Shown piece after piece: positions 12,869 through 25,700 of a stretch of 64,000 nucleotides of DNA. Below the pieces are notes generated by a model. It was not told where the DNA came from. It did no database searches and saw only the letters and a program-made list of their open reading frames with translations. Both the position numbers and the translations under genes were made by a program. The stretch comes from Paraspadella gotoi (lineage: Eukaryota > Animalia > Chaetognatha): positions 11,445,832 through 11,509,831 of the forward strand of contig CM119264.1 of NCBI GenBank assembly GCA_051294375.1. Reading direction: 5' to 3'. Each line of letters starts with the position of its first letter. The first letter of the stretch is position 1.

Positions 12869-14353
12869 AATCAACCACGATAACGACAACTCAAAGTGCA
12901 GCAGCCGCAGGAGAATCCGCGTCGTCGGCGGCGGCGTCTGCAGCTCGGTCTCAATGAGAAAAAATTTCCTTCTTTCCTTCACAATTTTTTTTCCCTCTCT
13001 CTGTCTCTATTCGCGTCTCGGCATCGGGAGTAATTTTCTCCTTTGGTCCAGATGTCATTCATTAATTTTCATTCGCTCCTCGTCGGCCACCAATCATTCG
13101 TTCATCCGTTCGTGAGTTCGTTCATTCGCTCGTTCATTCACGTCACGACCTCCGTCTCACGTGAAGTGAAATGGACTCATGCTGCGAAGTCGCTTCTCCT
13201 TTTTTTAACTTTAGCGAAGGACAAGCGATAATCATTGATCACCACTGATCATAATTTCATTTTATCGATCCTGCGAGCTGTTCGCATATGTCGTTAGTGG
13301 TACGTTAAGTGTTAAGTGTTAACTCAAATATTAGCAAAAAGGACCGAGTAAATTCTGACAAACTTATGTTGACGAGAATGTTTGAGGTCAACTCAGTTCG
13401 CCAAGGTTAACCTTGAAAACCCGTGAACTTTCGGCCACTGACTCTCTCTTAAAACTCTCTCATCCAAATGTCAAAAAGTCCAAAAGCTGAGGTCCTGGTC
13501 AACGATGCCCCGTTTTACTCGTTTCTAGTATTTTTTGAGTCGCTTAGTATTTTTGTCTGTTAACTACCTTAAATTTTCGCCATTTCTTCCGATGACCTTT
13601 TCACTCTACGTACGAATGCGTGGTTTGGCCATTTGTCTTATTTAATGCCGAGCGGTTCGTAGCGCTAGTTGTCAAGACTCCATCGACTCGATTTACTTTG
13701 TTCAGTTTCTCCAGCATCAGTCCTCGTTTAGACGTGACACTCTACAGACTTCTCTTGTCTCGTATCAACCGCTCACTGGCGCGTCTGATGTCAACGAGTG
13801 ACACGCGCGTTGAAACGACCGAGTTAAGTCAGATGCTATTTTCAACGACGCAAACTTCTCGCGCAGCATGACGCCGTCTTTACCACCAACGGGATCGACA
13901 CAAGCTCACGGTCCGTTGCTCACAAATCTCAGAACTTGGGATCTGAAAATAGCACGGAAACTGATGAGTCGCACCGCCTACTCACGGGGAGAGTGTGATG
14001 TTTCTGATGGTGATGGGAGTTGATTTGAGAGGAAGAAAATAAATCAAAATTAGAAAAACTAAAATGGAAAGAAAATCGAAAATTTAAATAATGGAATTGA
14101 AGACTCCTTGTTAACCTGATTTTCCTTCCTAAAACGCAGTGGGCCTTTCATGTTCCTTTTTTTTTCCAAGATCTTTTTCTTTTTATCTTCTCTTTTTTTT
14201 TTCAACTTCTCTTCGTCTCGCTCCACTTTTCTTTTTTCAAAGGCGCCGCCATTCCCGCCTCCTTCGCGATAGAAAAGACATCCTTCTCTCCATCTCGGCT
14301 TTTCATCTTTTTTTCATTTCTTCGTTTCGCATCTCGATTTCCCATCTCTCTCT

Positions 14354-14415
<62 letters not shown>

Positions 14416-15173
14416 ATAATTTCTTCGGTTTTCCTCCTTTCACCTCGTATCTGTTGACCTTCCGTCCTTTTCCGAATTTTCTTTTCCGCCTCTATTTTTT
14501 TTTTATTTTAAAGGGGGTATGGCTAACCGCGCGATTGCAGCTGAATTAGAAGTAGCGATCCTTCTCTACATTCCACTTTAAACTTTGTAATTTTTGTTGT
14601 TGTTAATTTCTGAAAAAAAAAAACATAAACTTAGTAAAAGATTTTCATGAAATTATAAAATTTTTTTGGTTACCTCGGTATCAAAAGCATTTTCAATCTA
14701 CTTCAAAACAGCATGAAATCTCTTCTTCCTCAAAAAAAACCTTTTCGCTTTAGCAGCGGGAAATGTTTACCTCTTTTCCTTCTATATTTTCTTAGCCTCT
14801 CGATCTTTTTTCCTCCTCTAAAATCGACATGGCTTCCCTCTTCTTTTATCTCACAAAAAAAAATTCTCATTCTCTTCTTTTTTTTTCGCTCATTGGCGAC
14901 CTTCATTGCAATGACCTTCCTTCTAGATGTCTTTTTTTTCTTTTTCTTTTTTTCCTTTTTTTTCTACTTTTTACAGTTCTACCTCCTCTTCTTAATCTTC
15001 ATTTCCTTCCCACTTTACTTTTCTCATTCTTCTTCTTCGTCTTCTTCTTTTTTCATCTCTGGCTTCTTCTTTCTCTCTATCTCTTTTCTCGTCTTCTTCT
15101 TCTTCACACTTTTAATCTTCATCTTTCACGCGCCGAGAGTCACGTGGCAAGATTTTCCCGCCGTTGTTGTGAT

Positions 15174-15233
<60 letters not shown>

Positions 15234-16966
15234 CAACCCTCTCTCCCACATCCATCCTTTATCTCTCCCCGTCAATCTTTTATCCTTTTCCCTTTTCTCA
15301 CCATTTTTCTTTCTTGGTTTTCGCACAGAAGAAAAAAAAATTGGGGAGAGAGAAGGCCATATTTTTCTTTCTTTCATTTTTTCGGCGAAGATGAATAATT
15401 TTTTCATCTAATTCTCTGATGATGTTTTTACTGTTTTATTTTGGTCGCCGAATTTGTGAAGGGAGCGACGGAGACGCGAAAGGAGACAAAAGGGACAGAG
15501 ATGGAGATGAAGGAGAGGGAGACAGAGATATCGGTGACGGCAAGGACCATGGAGACAGAAACTGAGTAACTCAGAGTAACTCGGACCCAAAACGTTAAGA
15601 ATATAAAGATAGCAGCGGCGATTGTGAATGATAATGTGAATGTGACGATTAGCATCACGGCAGTAAAAGAGAAAAGGACGACGGCAGAAGCGACGATGGT
15701 AACAAAAGCGAAATCGTTGTGGTTGACGTCAGAAATATCAAATTGACAGGATTGTCATTGGCGGCGGCGACAGAGGCGATGACGATGGCGACGACGACGA
15801 CGACGACGAATCCGACGAATGACGTCGTCTTGGTTTCTCGTCTTTGTTTTTCGATGTTTTTCATGGAGCCGACGATTTTCCTATTTTGACGAAGTTTGTT
15901 TTGGTCGTTTAATCAGGATTTTCTTGAATGGAATCGTTTTATTTTTATTCGAGGGAAAAAAACAAGATGGAAAAATTTGTTTTCGCCAAATTTTTTCCGT
16001 CGGAAGAGAAAGAATTCAATCAGAGAGAGACGGGGGCCCGCCCGCCCGCCCGCCCGTCCGTCCGTCCGCCCTTCCTCGGGTTTGGTTGCCTTTTATTATC
16101 TCCCATTTTCTTCCTTTCATGACGTTTTGCTTACAGCAGATCTTGGCTCTATAATTCACTTTGTCGGTCCGTCTGCCCCACCCCAAAAGCTTATCGGTAT
16201 GACACTTAGATCATGTCGAAACATCAAATTATAAAAAATTATGCAAAAAAAGATGTCCGTCCGTCCGTATGTCCGTCCCCCCTTAGCTTTGAGTATATGG
16301 GGATATTGACTTAATTTTGGATGTGGGTAGGAAAGTGTGTGATTGAGTTGGAAATTAAGTTTCGATGGAATTGTCCGTGTGGAAATGAGTATAAATGGAA
16401 AAAACAAATTTTTCAAATGTTCAAATGTTTCACTAATTTATTATGCTTCTTTTTCTTTTTATATTAAATGTAAATGCAAGATGTATTAATAAATCAAATA
16501 ATTATTCAGTTAATTAATCAATTAGTCAATTAATTAATCAATTATTTATTCAATCAATCAATGAATTAACCAAGTCAATCAATTAATCGTTATCGACATT
16601 ATTATCGTCATCGCCATCATCGTCGTCGTTGCTTTTGTCGTGGTTAATGACAAAAAGACCTAAAACAAACTTGTCGGATTAGTTAATTAATTAATTGACT
16701 AATTAATTAACTTAAATTAATTAATTGAATAATTAATTAATTAATTAATTTACTTGAAATAATACCGCTTAATGAATGTGGGCAGATCCGGTATTGTTTG
16801 CTCAAACTTGTTTCTTAACTTTTTTTATTTCTCTTTCCCTTCTTTTTTTTTCTTTCTTTCTTTCCTTCTTTCTTTTTCTCTTTCTTTCCTTTTTTCTTTC
16901 TCTCTTTCTTTCAATTTTTTTCTTTTTTTCTTTTTTTCTTTCTTTATTTCTTTTTTTTTCTTTTTT

Positions 16967-16998
<32 letters not shown>

Positions 16999-17982
16999 TT
17001 TTTTCTTTTTTTTCTTTTTTTTATTTTAATTTTGTGCTTTTTTATGCTTTCTTTCTTTTTTATATCTGTTTTTCTTTCTTTCTTTCCCTCTTTCGTTCTT
17101 TCTTTTTTTCTTTCTTTCTTTTCACTTCGTTCAATGTTCCCCTTACCACTTTTTTCTTTTTTTTTCTCATTTTCCCTTTAATTTTTTAAATTTCTTTTCA
17201 TTTCTTTCCTCTTATACTAAACCTTAATCTACCTTCGTCTTTTCCTCCATCTTCTTTTTCATTCTTTCCCTTTTCCCGTCCCAATTAGAAATTCCCTTCA
17301 TGGTTCCCCGCTTCGTCTCATGCCAGTTTTCCTTTGACAAGCGACACCAGGACCGGCGAACCTGGGGCGATGGCACCGTCGCGTCGGCGCCGCGGCTTCC
17401 GATGGCGCAGCTGCTGCTATTGCCACGCCTTTGGCACCGCCACTGCAGCAGCCAAAATGTCCCCGATGATCTTCACTCCGACTGGAACACAGCCAGGGGC
17501 AGGACTCTCATTCTNNNNNNNNNNNNNNNNNNNNNNNNNNNNNNNNNNNNNNNNNNNNNTGACACATCTAAACCTCCCAACCGCAACACTCCTCCATCTC
17601 AGTCTCCTCTTCTCACCTTCCTTCTCTCCGACGCGCCATCTGCACGTATCCATGTTCCGCCATTTAATCCTCCCTCGACTCAGATCACCCCTTTCCCTTC
17701 TTTCACCCCATTTTCATTCAACAGACTTTTTTTTCGGAATTTCTTCGGAGCGTTTAACGCGCGGTCGGCAAGATGTCGCTGCGATCGTTCTTTGCTCTCA
17801 TGTTTTTTTTTCATCGGGTCGTCGTCGTCGTCATCGTCGTCGTCCTGGATCCTCTTTTGTCAAATATTTTTTTGCATATTTTTGGTCCCTGAGGAAGCCA
17901 GCCGTTATATTCTCGAGTTCAAAAATTTATGAAACCAATGTTCCATATGGTGTACCATATCAGTGTGAGTGTGCATGTGTGT

Positions 17983-18013
<31 letters not shown>

Positions 18014-18423
18014 AAATTAATTTTATAATAGTGACTGGAAAGAAAGATTAGAATCGGTAAATACTAAATACCTCCGTCCCACCAAAATTTTCCCGCTCCC
18101 GGTAAAATATTTGTATTCAGCTTTGTAAAGAAATTCTTGATCTTTTCTCGGATATTTTCATAGCAAATCTTATTCGATAGTAATAACAATTTTTTTCCTT
18201 AAAACTTTATTATTCAACTAAACATTTAAAGAATCTAGATGCAAATTCGTTTTGTCGAAGACGTGAATGATCTCGATCGCAAAGATGACGAAGGCGAAAA
18301 CGATGACTACAATAATGACAAGGACGACGGGGATGCTGACAGACGAGGCGAGGCGGTGATTTCGACCGAACCTGAACTTGAAAAATATACGATGATTTCA
18401 AATTTTCCTCCTTTTTTATTCTA

Positions 18424-18479
<56 letters not shown>

Positions 18480-18576
18480 CTCTCTCATTCCCCTCGACGA
18501 GACGCTATTAAATCGCTCTGGGAAAAATTTCACATTTTTCGTTTCCCTACCCGGACGTGTTGTGAAAGAAAGAAAT

Positions 18577-18658
<82 letters not shown>

Positions 18659-20630
18659 TCGTTTTCGTCGTCGTGGTCGTCGTCGGCGTCGGCCAATAAA
18701 TCATCAGCGAACGTCCTCGGGCAGCGATCGTCGAATCATTACGATCCATAACTCGACAATCTCCGACCTCCCTTTCCTTTCCTCTCCTTTTCTTTCTTTT
18801 CCTTTNNNNNNNNNNNNNNNNNNNNNNNNNNNNNNNNNNNNNNNNNNNNNNNNNNNNNNNNNNNNNNNNNNNNNNNNNNNNNNNNNNNNNNNNNNNNNNN
18901 NNNNNNNNNNNNNNNNNNNNNNNNNNNNNNNNNNNNNNNNNNNNNNNNNNNNNNNNNNNNNNNNNNNNNNNNNNNNNNNNNNNNNNNNNNNNNNNNNNNN
19001 NNNNNNNNNNNNNNNNNNNNNNNNNNNNNNNNNNNNNNNNNNNNNNNNNNNNNNNNNNNNNNNNNNNNNNNNNNNNNNNNNNNNNNNNNNNNNNNNNNNN
19101 NNNNNNNNNNNNNNNNNNNNNNNNNNNNNNNNNNNNNNNNNNNNNNNNNNNNNNNNNNNNNNNNNNNNNNNNNNNNNNNNNNNNNNNNNNNNNNNNNNNN
19201 NNNNNNNNNNNNNNNNNNNNNNNNNNNNNNNNNNNNNNNNNNNNNNNNNNNNNNNNNNNNNNNNNNNNNNNNNNNNNNNNNNNNNNNNNNNNNNNNNNNN
19301 NNNNNNNNNNNNNNNNNNNNNNNNNNNNNNNNNNNNNNNNNNNNNNNNNNNNNNNNNNNNNNNNNNNNNNNNNNNNNNNNNNNNNNNNNNNNNNNNNNNN
19401 NNNNNNNNNNNNNNNNNNNNNNNNNNNNNNNNNNNNNNNNNNNNNNNNNNNNNNNNNNNNNNNNNNNNNNNNNNNNNNNNNNNNNNNNNNNNNNNNNNNN
19501 NNNNNNNNNNNNNNNNNNNNNNNNNNNNNNNNNNNNNNNNNNNNNNNNNNNNNNNNNNNNNNNNNNNNNNNNNNNNNNNNNNNNNNNNNNNNNNNNNNNN
19601 NNNNNNNNNNNNNNNNNNNNNNNNNNNNNNNNNNNNNNNNNNNNNNNNNNNNNNNNNNNNNNNNNNNNNNNNNNNNNNNAAATTAATTTGAAGAAAACAA
19701 AATATTAAAAATCTTAGCTTATATAAGAATATTGCTCGATCTGGTCAAAGAGTTAAAGAGTCAAAGAGTCCAATAGTTAAATCAAATAGTTTAAAAGCGA
19801 TCAATATGATGGGACCGAACGAACGACCGAAGGACCGACCGACCGACCAAGAAACCGGACGGGCGGACCGACTTCCGGCGAGACCGACGTTCCTCCTCAT
19901 TCATCTTCGTCTCTTTAAAAAAAAATTCCCTCGCTTCTTCAGAGGNNNNNNNNNNNNNNNNNNNNNNNNNNNNNNNNNNNNNNNNNNNNNNNNNNNNNNN
20001 NNNNNNNNNNNNNNNNNNNNNNNNNNNNNNNNNNNNNNNNNNNNNNNNNNNNNNNNNNNNNNNNNNNNNNNNNNNNNNNNNNNNNNNNNNNNNNNNNNNN
20101 NNNNNNNNNNNNNNNNNNNNNNNNNNNNNNNNNNNNNNNNNNNNNNNNNNNNNNNNNNNNNNNNNNNNNNNNNNNNNAAGTAAAAATATGCAGTAAGAGA
20201 GAGAAAGAGACGCAGAGAGAGAGAGAGAGAAAAGAGAAAGACCTTTTTAGTCGTTAAGTCAATATTAGTTTTCTTGGCGTTTTTCGCTATGACAGTCTGA
20301 CGGTGCGTCGGCCAGTTTTAAGATGGCGGGGGTTTAAGGTCTGACCGTCCGTTTTCCGTCTGACTGTCCGTCCGTCCGTGGGTCTTTCTATCCTTCGATT
20401 GCTATTTGGACAGAGGATTACTGATGACAGCCTCTTCACAAGAGAGGATAAGAAAAAAGCGAAAGAGTGTGTCACCCAACTCCACCCTCTTCCCCATCCA
20501 CTCCGACCTCTACCCGTCTCTTCCTCACCCAAAAAAGATGCCCCCTTTCAGCCACTCCCTTCTCCCTTCGCCCGGTCGGTCCCAAGCCAAAGAAGGATTA
20601 GAGCGACATCTCGCCGATCGTCTAACTCAG

Positions 20631-20670
<40 letters not shown>

Positions 20671-22501
20671 TTGCGATCGTGTGAGAGAGAGACACGAGAG
20701 CGTGGCGGGAATATTCTGAATGAGCGAAGCGGACGTGGCGAAGAACCCACGTCGATTGGGCGAAGAGGTATGGCGGCGGTGTGGGAGCCGAAGATTGGTA
20801 TCACACGATACAACGGTTTTCTGCTTGGTCTCTTGCTTAGGCTCGTATCACTGAGTGAACAGTCAGTGACTCAGTGCTTCTCAGGGATGGTGACAAACTG
20901 TGTTGCTTATCGGATACTACGTTATGAGATATTTAAGACTTTGATGAGTATGGCAAGCTGTCACTTTCTCCTCTTCACCGTAGTGGACCGTCTGTGTGAT
21001 CCCTGATGTTTTTTTTCGTAATTCCTAGTGCGGACTAGTAGTATGTGGTATACGTACGTGCGCCTCGCATATAGAAAACAAATAAAATATTTTTCTCCCA
21101 TTCCAATGGTAATCTCTCAGTCTCAACACTTCCTCCCCAAAATTCTGACAAAAAAAACGCCCAATCCAGCTAGATTCAGTCTCGACCGATCTCGATTGGC
21201 GTTCCCTCGACTCAATTGTTATCTCGTATTTCCCTTAAGAAGAAGCACTTCCGACGTACGGCATCTCGCTTTCCAAGCGCCCAAAGCTTTCTTTTTCGCC
21301 GGCACACATGTTCGCGCGTTAAATGCTGAGCGCCGCGATTATTTGCAGCGTTCTCCACGCGGCATGCGCGGCGCCCTTTCGCTCCTGTTTTTTTTCATTT
21401 CGCTAATATGAATGTCTTTTACTTTGCGCCGCGAGTACTCGCGAAAGCAACCTCTATAACGTCACTTTTTGGTCGGTTCAGTCGTCTTGTTTGATCTGAT
21501 GCTGACGTCGGAATGTCTGTCTGTCGGTCTGTCCCCCTTACGTTAAAAATGCATTATAATTTGCTAGATTTCATTTGTTTAGATACGAAAAAGCCTCAAA
21601 TTACGTGACTATAGTGACGCCATTCAGGAAACGGCAAAACTAAAAAGGAATCAAAGAATTTAGAAATTTCGATGCAGGTGCATATCATAAACAAACAGGG
21701 AAAGAGAGTATTGTCATATCATATCATGTCATACACATGAAAATAAAAGTCACTGCGCCGCAACACATTGGAATCACCTGTTCTTGTATTTTTGTTTCTG
21801 TTGATTAATTGTCCCACACGTTCAACTTCGCCATAAACCAGCGAACAGTCGATCTAAGCCTTTCGCCCGAGCAGTTCCATATTGCGACACTCCTTGCCTT
21901 TTCTAAAAAAAGCACCCTCTCGTCCTTAATCTTCCACCCCCCCCCCACTCAGGCCGCCTCTCGCTCCGTTTCTGCCGGTTCACCCCGACGTCCCCCGTCG
22001 AATCCCATTTTTATTTTGTTTTGGATTTTCGCTCGATCTTCTAAAGAAATGCTGGCACGAATTTCTGAGAGCTTTGAAACACCCGATTTTTTTCCCTTTT
22101 ACGTTTCCTCTTTCTCGCCCTCTTGAACAGTTGTTTATACTCCAGAGAAAAATAAAATGTAGGCTTCAGTTTTGGGACAAGGCATGCCGGTTTGGTTTGA
22201 CTTACATGTAAGACCCAATTAGGATATTTTAGGGCATCTCATTTCTAACTCACTCGTGAGCTGATTTGAGGTACTTACCCAAAATAGGAAAAACCGACCT
22301 CTCGTAAAATTATAGAACTTTTAAGCGTAAGCATATGCTATAATCGCTCTGTTACAATTTTTTCAAAAATTAGGTCCACTATTTGAAAGGCTGTTAAATA
22401 TCTTCCAAATTAATTCTGTATGATTATATTTTATTTTTTTTTGGTTTGTTTAGAGGTCAGTTCCCAGTCTATATTATAGCTTATATTCTGGGGAGAGAGA
22501 G

Positions 22502-22533
<32 letters not shown>

Positions 22534-22683
22534 AGAAAGAGAAGAGAGAAGAGATCGCTTTCGATCCACGGGATAAAGACACAAAATGGCTCTTCCACTG
22601 GGGAATATGTTAGAAATTGACGCAATAAACTCATTCGGCGAATAATAAACATTTACTTCAAGACTCATCATCATCATCATCTC

Positions 22684-22719
<36 letters not shown>

Positions 22720-25700
22720 TATCATCATCATCGTTTATCACACATATCAACTCATCAATTCACATCATTCTCTCTTTATCTTCATTATCACTCACATCAA
22801 CAACGATCAACCATATAAAGAACTTTCTTGACTGATGCATCATTCTGTACACTCTTCGCTTCAAACTTATCTACGGATGATCGTGATAATCGTGCTTGCA
22901 GCGAAGGCTCATGGTTTTGCGCCGGATGTTCGATGCTTAAACACACGACTTTCTGGCAAGTGATCATCTCCGAGAGCAGAGAGATTTTGATATAGATTGA
23001 GGTATGAGAGTAAGACGAGATCGACGAGAGCAGAAGATGATAGGCATAGAGTAGAGAGGAGTATATGTGTTATGACGTTAAGAAGAGAGAGNNNNNNNNN
23101 NNNNNNNNNNNNNNNNCTCTCTCTCTCTCCCTCAATCTTTCACTCTCTCTCTCAGATTCACTTGCCGAAGTCATTTTTAAGCATCGAACATCCGGCGCAA
23201 AACCTGAGCCTCCAGGCGATTTACGGTTCATCCCGATTTTACAAGAGAATTACGATGATGATCAGGTCAGTACTAATGATTGTCGTTGTTGTTGTTGTTG
23301 TTGATAATGAAGATAAAGATGATGTTTATGATGTTGATGATGATGATGATAACGATGCAAACCGGACGGAAGCGGAAGGCGAAAGGGGCAGAAGAGAGAC
23401 CGAGAGACGGAGCAATCACAGAGGATACTTCCTAGCGGTAGGTCAGACAGCAGAGCCGCGGACGTAGACGTCTATAAGGGGACGGAGATAAATTGTCGCG
23501 TGTGTTTTGATAAAACGCTCAAACAAAACCATATTTAATAGACTGTCCATGATCAATTTTAAGCACATCGATTGGAATGGAGAAAGCTGGTATGATAAAC
23601 TTTTCAGCTTCATAAGACCCAAATTAATCATAAAAAAAGAGCGCCGAAATCGGATAGTATAGAAATTTGTGGAACAGCCGCGAGGGAACACGACGACCGA
23701 CAGCACTTATGATGACCGGCAAAGATGTTACGCACCAGATAGATCGTATCGCGACGAGAAGAGAACGGACGTAGCACACTATGGATACGCGACGTAAAAA
23801 AAATTATTTTTCTTTATTTGGAAGAAAGGACAATTGGCTGCTATCAGAAGGTGGGAGTTGAGCCGGAATGGAACCTGAGAAAAAGTTTTGTATCGAGTAT
23901 AGAAAAAGATAATGCCGTAATAACAGATCTGGTAATATTACAAACGTGGTTCGGGTTGTGCTACTTCGTCTTATAGTGGGAATGAGCGTTCTAAATTGGA
24001 GGTAAAAAAACCCGCAAAATTAATTCTAAAACGATCGACTTTCAACGAAGGGGATAAACGATGTCGTGGGCCGAACCGCGTACGCGCTGTTGAACCAAAT
24101 TCTTAGCGGGCTTTGGGAATTTTGTTAAAAGAATCGGACCGCCTCCCTCCAGGGAGTGAGGAGACTGTGAAGTCGCTTGAGATTGGCTGATCCCGTGAGG
24201 ATGATCGTGCTTCGGCGAGGACCCTTCTCAGCGACGCGACGCCGAAAGGATGGAGAGGAAAACGCGTGATTTCCCCTGGAAACGGCCTCCTTCAACAGAA
24301 AGTTCGCGGTGAAGCACAGTGAGCGGCGTCGGGAGCGGGTGAAACTCCGGCGACGACCCATAGGCGCGACTAGATGCAGCTGGCGTGCAAACGCGTTACA
24401 GATGCCGAGAGATACACTGTCGTCGATCCCAGCGCGACCCATAGAGGGCCACGTCGCGCGGACCAGATGGGGTTCACTCGGCCATGACTGCACGCCTGTG
24501 GCGACCGAGACGTCGTGACTGACTAGGTTATGTAGATACGTATTGAGAAAAAAATAATAGTAATGATCACGAGGCTATCAAGGCGTTCCGTAAGAAATAT
24601 ATGAAAATGTCATTGAGAATAATGATTACGAAACGAACTGATTTGAAAAATGTGTATGTGAGAAACGCACTCGACATAAATTATCTCTGAGAATCCGCGA
24701 ACACGCTCTATGATGCGCGAAAAAAAAAGAGACATCCCAATTCCCGATGAAGGTGAGAGATGCACGGGCAGAGGGTCTGTGGCCTTCCCATTATGTGGTC
24801 CCAAATATAGAGAGAAATCCGTGTCACGTTCTGATGGCGATTCCGCTTTAAATTTTTTCTCTTTTTTCATTCTATTACTGAAGTGTTTTGAATTCTTGGT
24901 AACCGTTTATTTCTACTTTGATATTAAACGCACGCGAGAATCCTATAAATCGACTCACTACTCGAACACGGGGCTATTTTTCCGTGGCGAAATGCCAAGT
25001 AACAGATTATTTGAGATATCTAGGTAACATTTATTGTCACATGCATCATCAATTGAACTAAGTTTAATGAATAATTGGAGACTTTGAAACATCATTCATC
25101 ATCATTCATCAATCATCATCATCGAATCATCATATCTATATAAATTAAAACGACTTAATGTTCCCGCCGTCGTACCTAAACGTTGCATTTAAGGAAAAAA
25201 ACCGATTCCTTTCCAACAATGCTCCAAAGTTCAGTTAACCTTCAACTAAATAACTGATATGATTAACCATTCATGCAAAATCCACTCATCCAATCACTAC
25301 TTACTATGTGATCCAACAACAACAAACAACAACGCTAACACGAAAGGAATCTAGGTTAGATATACATCTCAAATCCGTTTCTAATGGATAAAAGAAGTAC
25401 CTATATGTTGCTGCAGAACTTTTCAGAATAGAAAAATATGTTTCAAATATTTGTCCATTTTTACTTATACGACCTTACTCATTCTGTTGAGAGTCTCTCT
25501 ATCTCTAGAAAAAATCCCGTTGCTTTCTTATCGTTTTACCCCTGGGGTATAAATTTATTGCTTAAATCATTTATAGTTGCCTTATGGAATTAGATTTAAG
25601 TTAACAAGGTCAAAAAATTTGCAGTTTCAGTCTTTTCATAATTTGTTAAACAAAAAAATAAAACAAACTGGGTGAAATTAACAGAAAATATTATTAGGCC

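Noticed and set aside
14139-17189. Long Phe/Ser/Leu-rich ORFs (up to 232 aa) resembling membrane proteins; likewise 62938-63579
   Set aside because: Translations of pyrimidine-rich micro- and minisatellites that lack stops in several frames at once.
22474-22731. Poly-Met ORF on the minus strand
   Set aside because: (CAT)n trinucleotide microsatellite.
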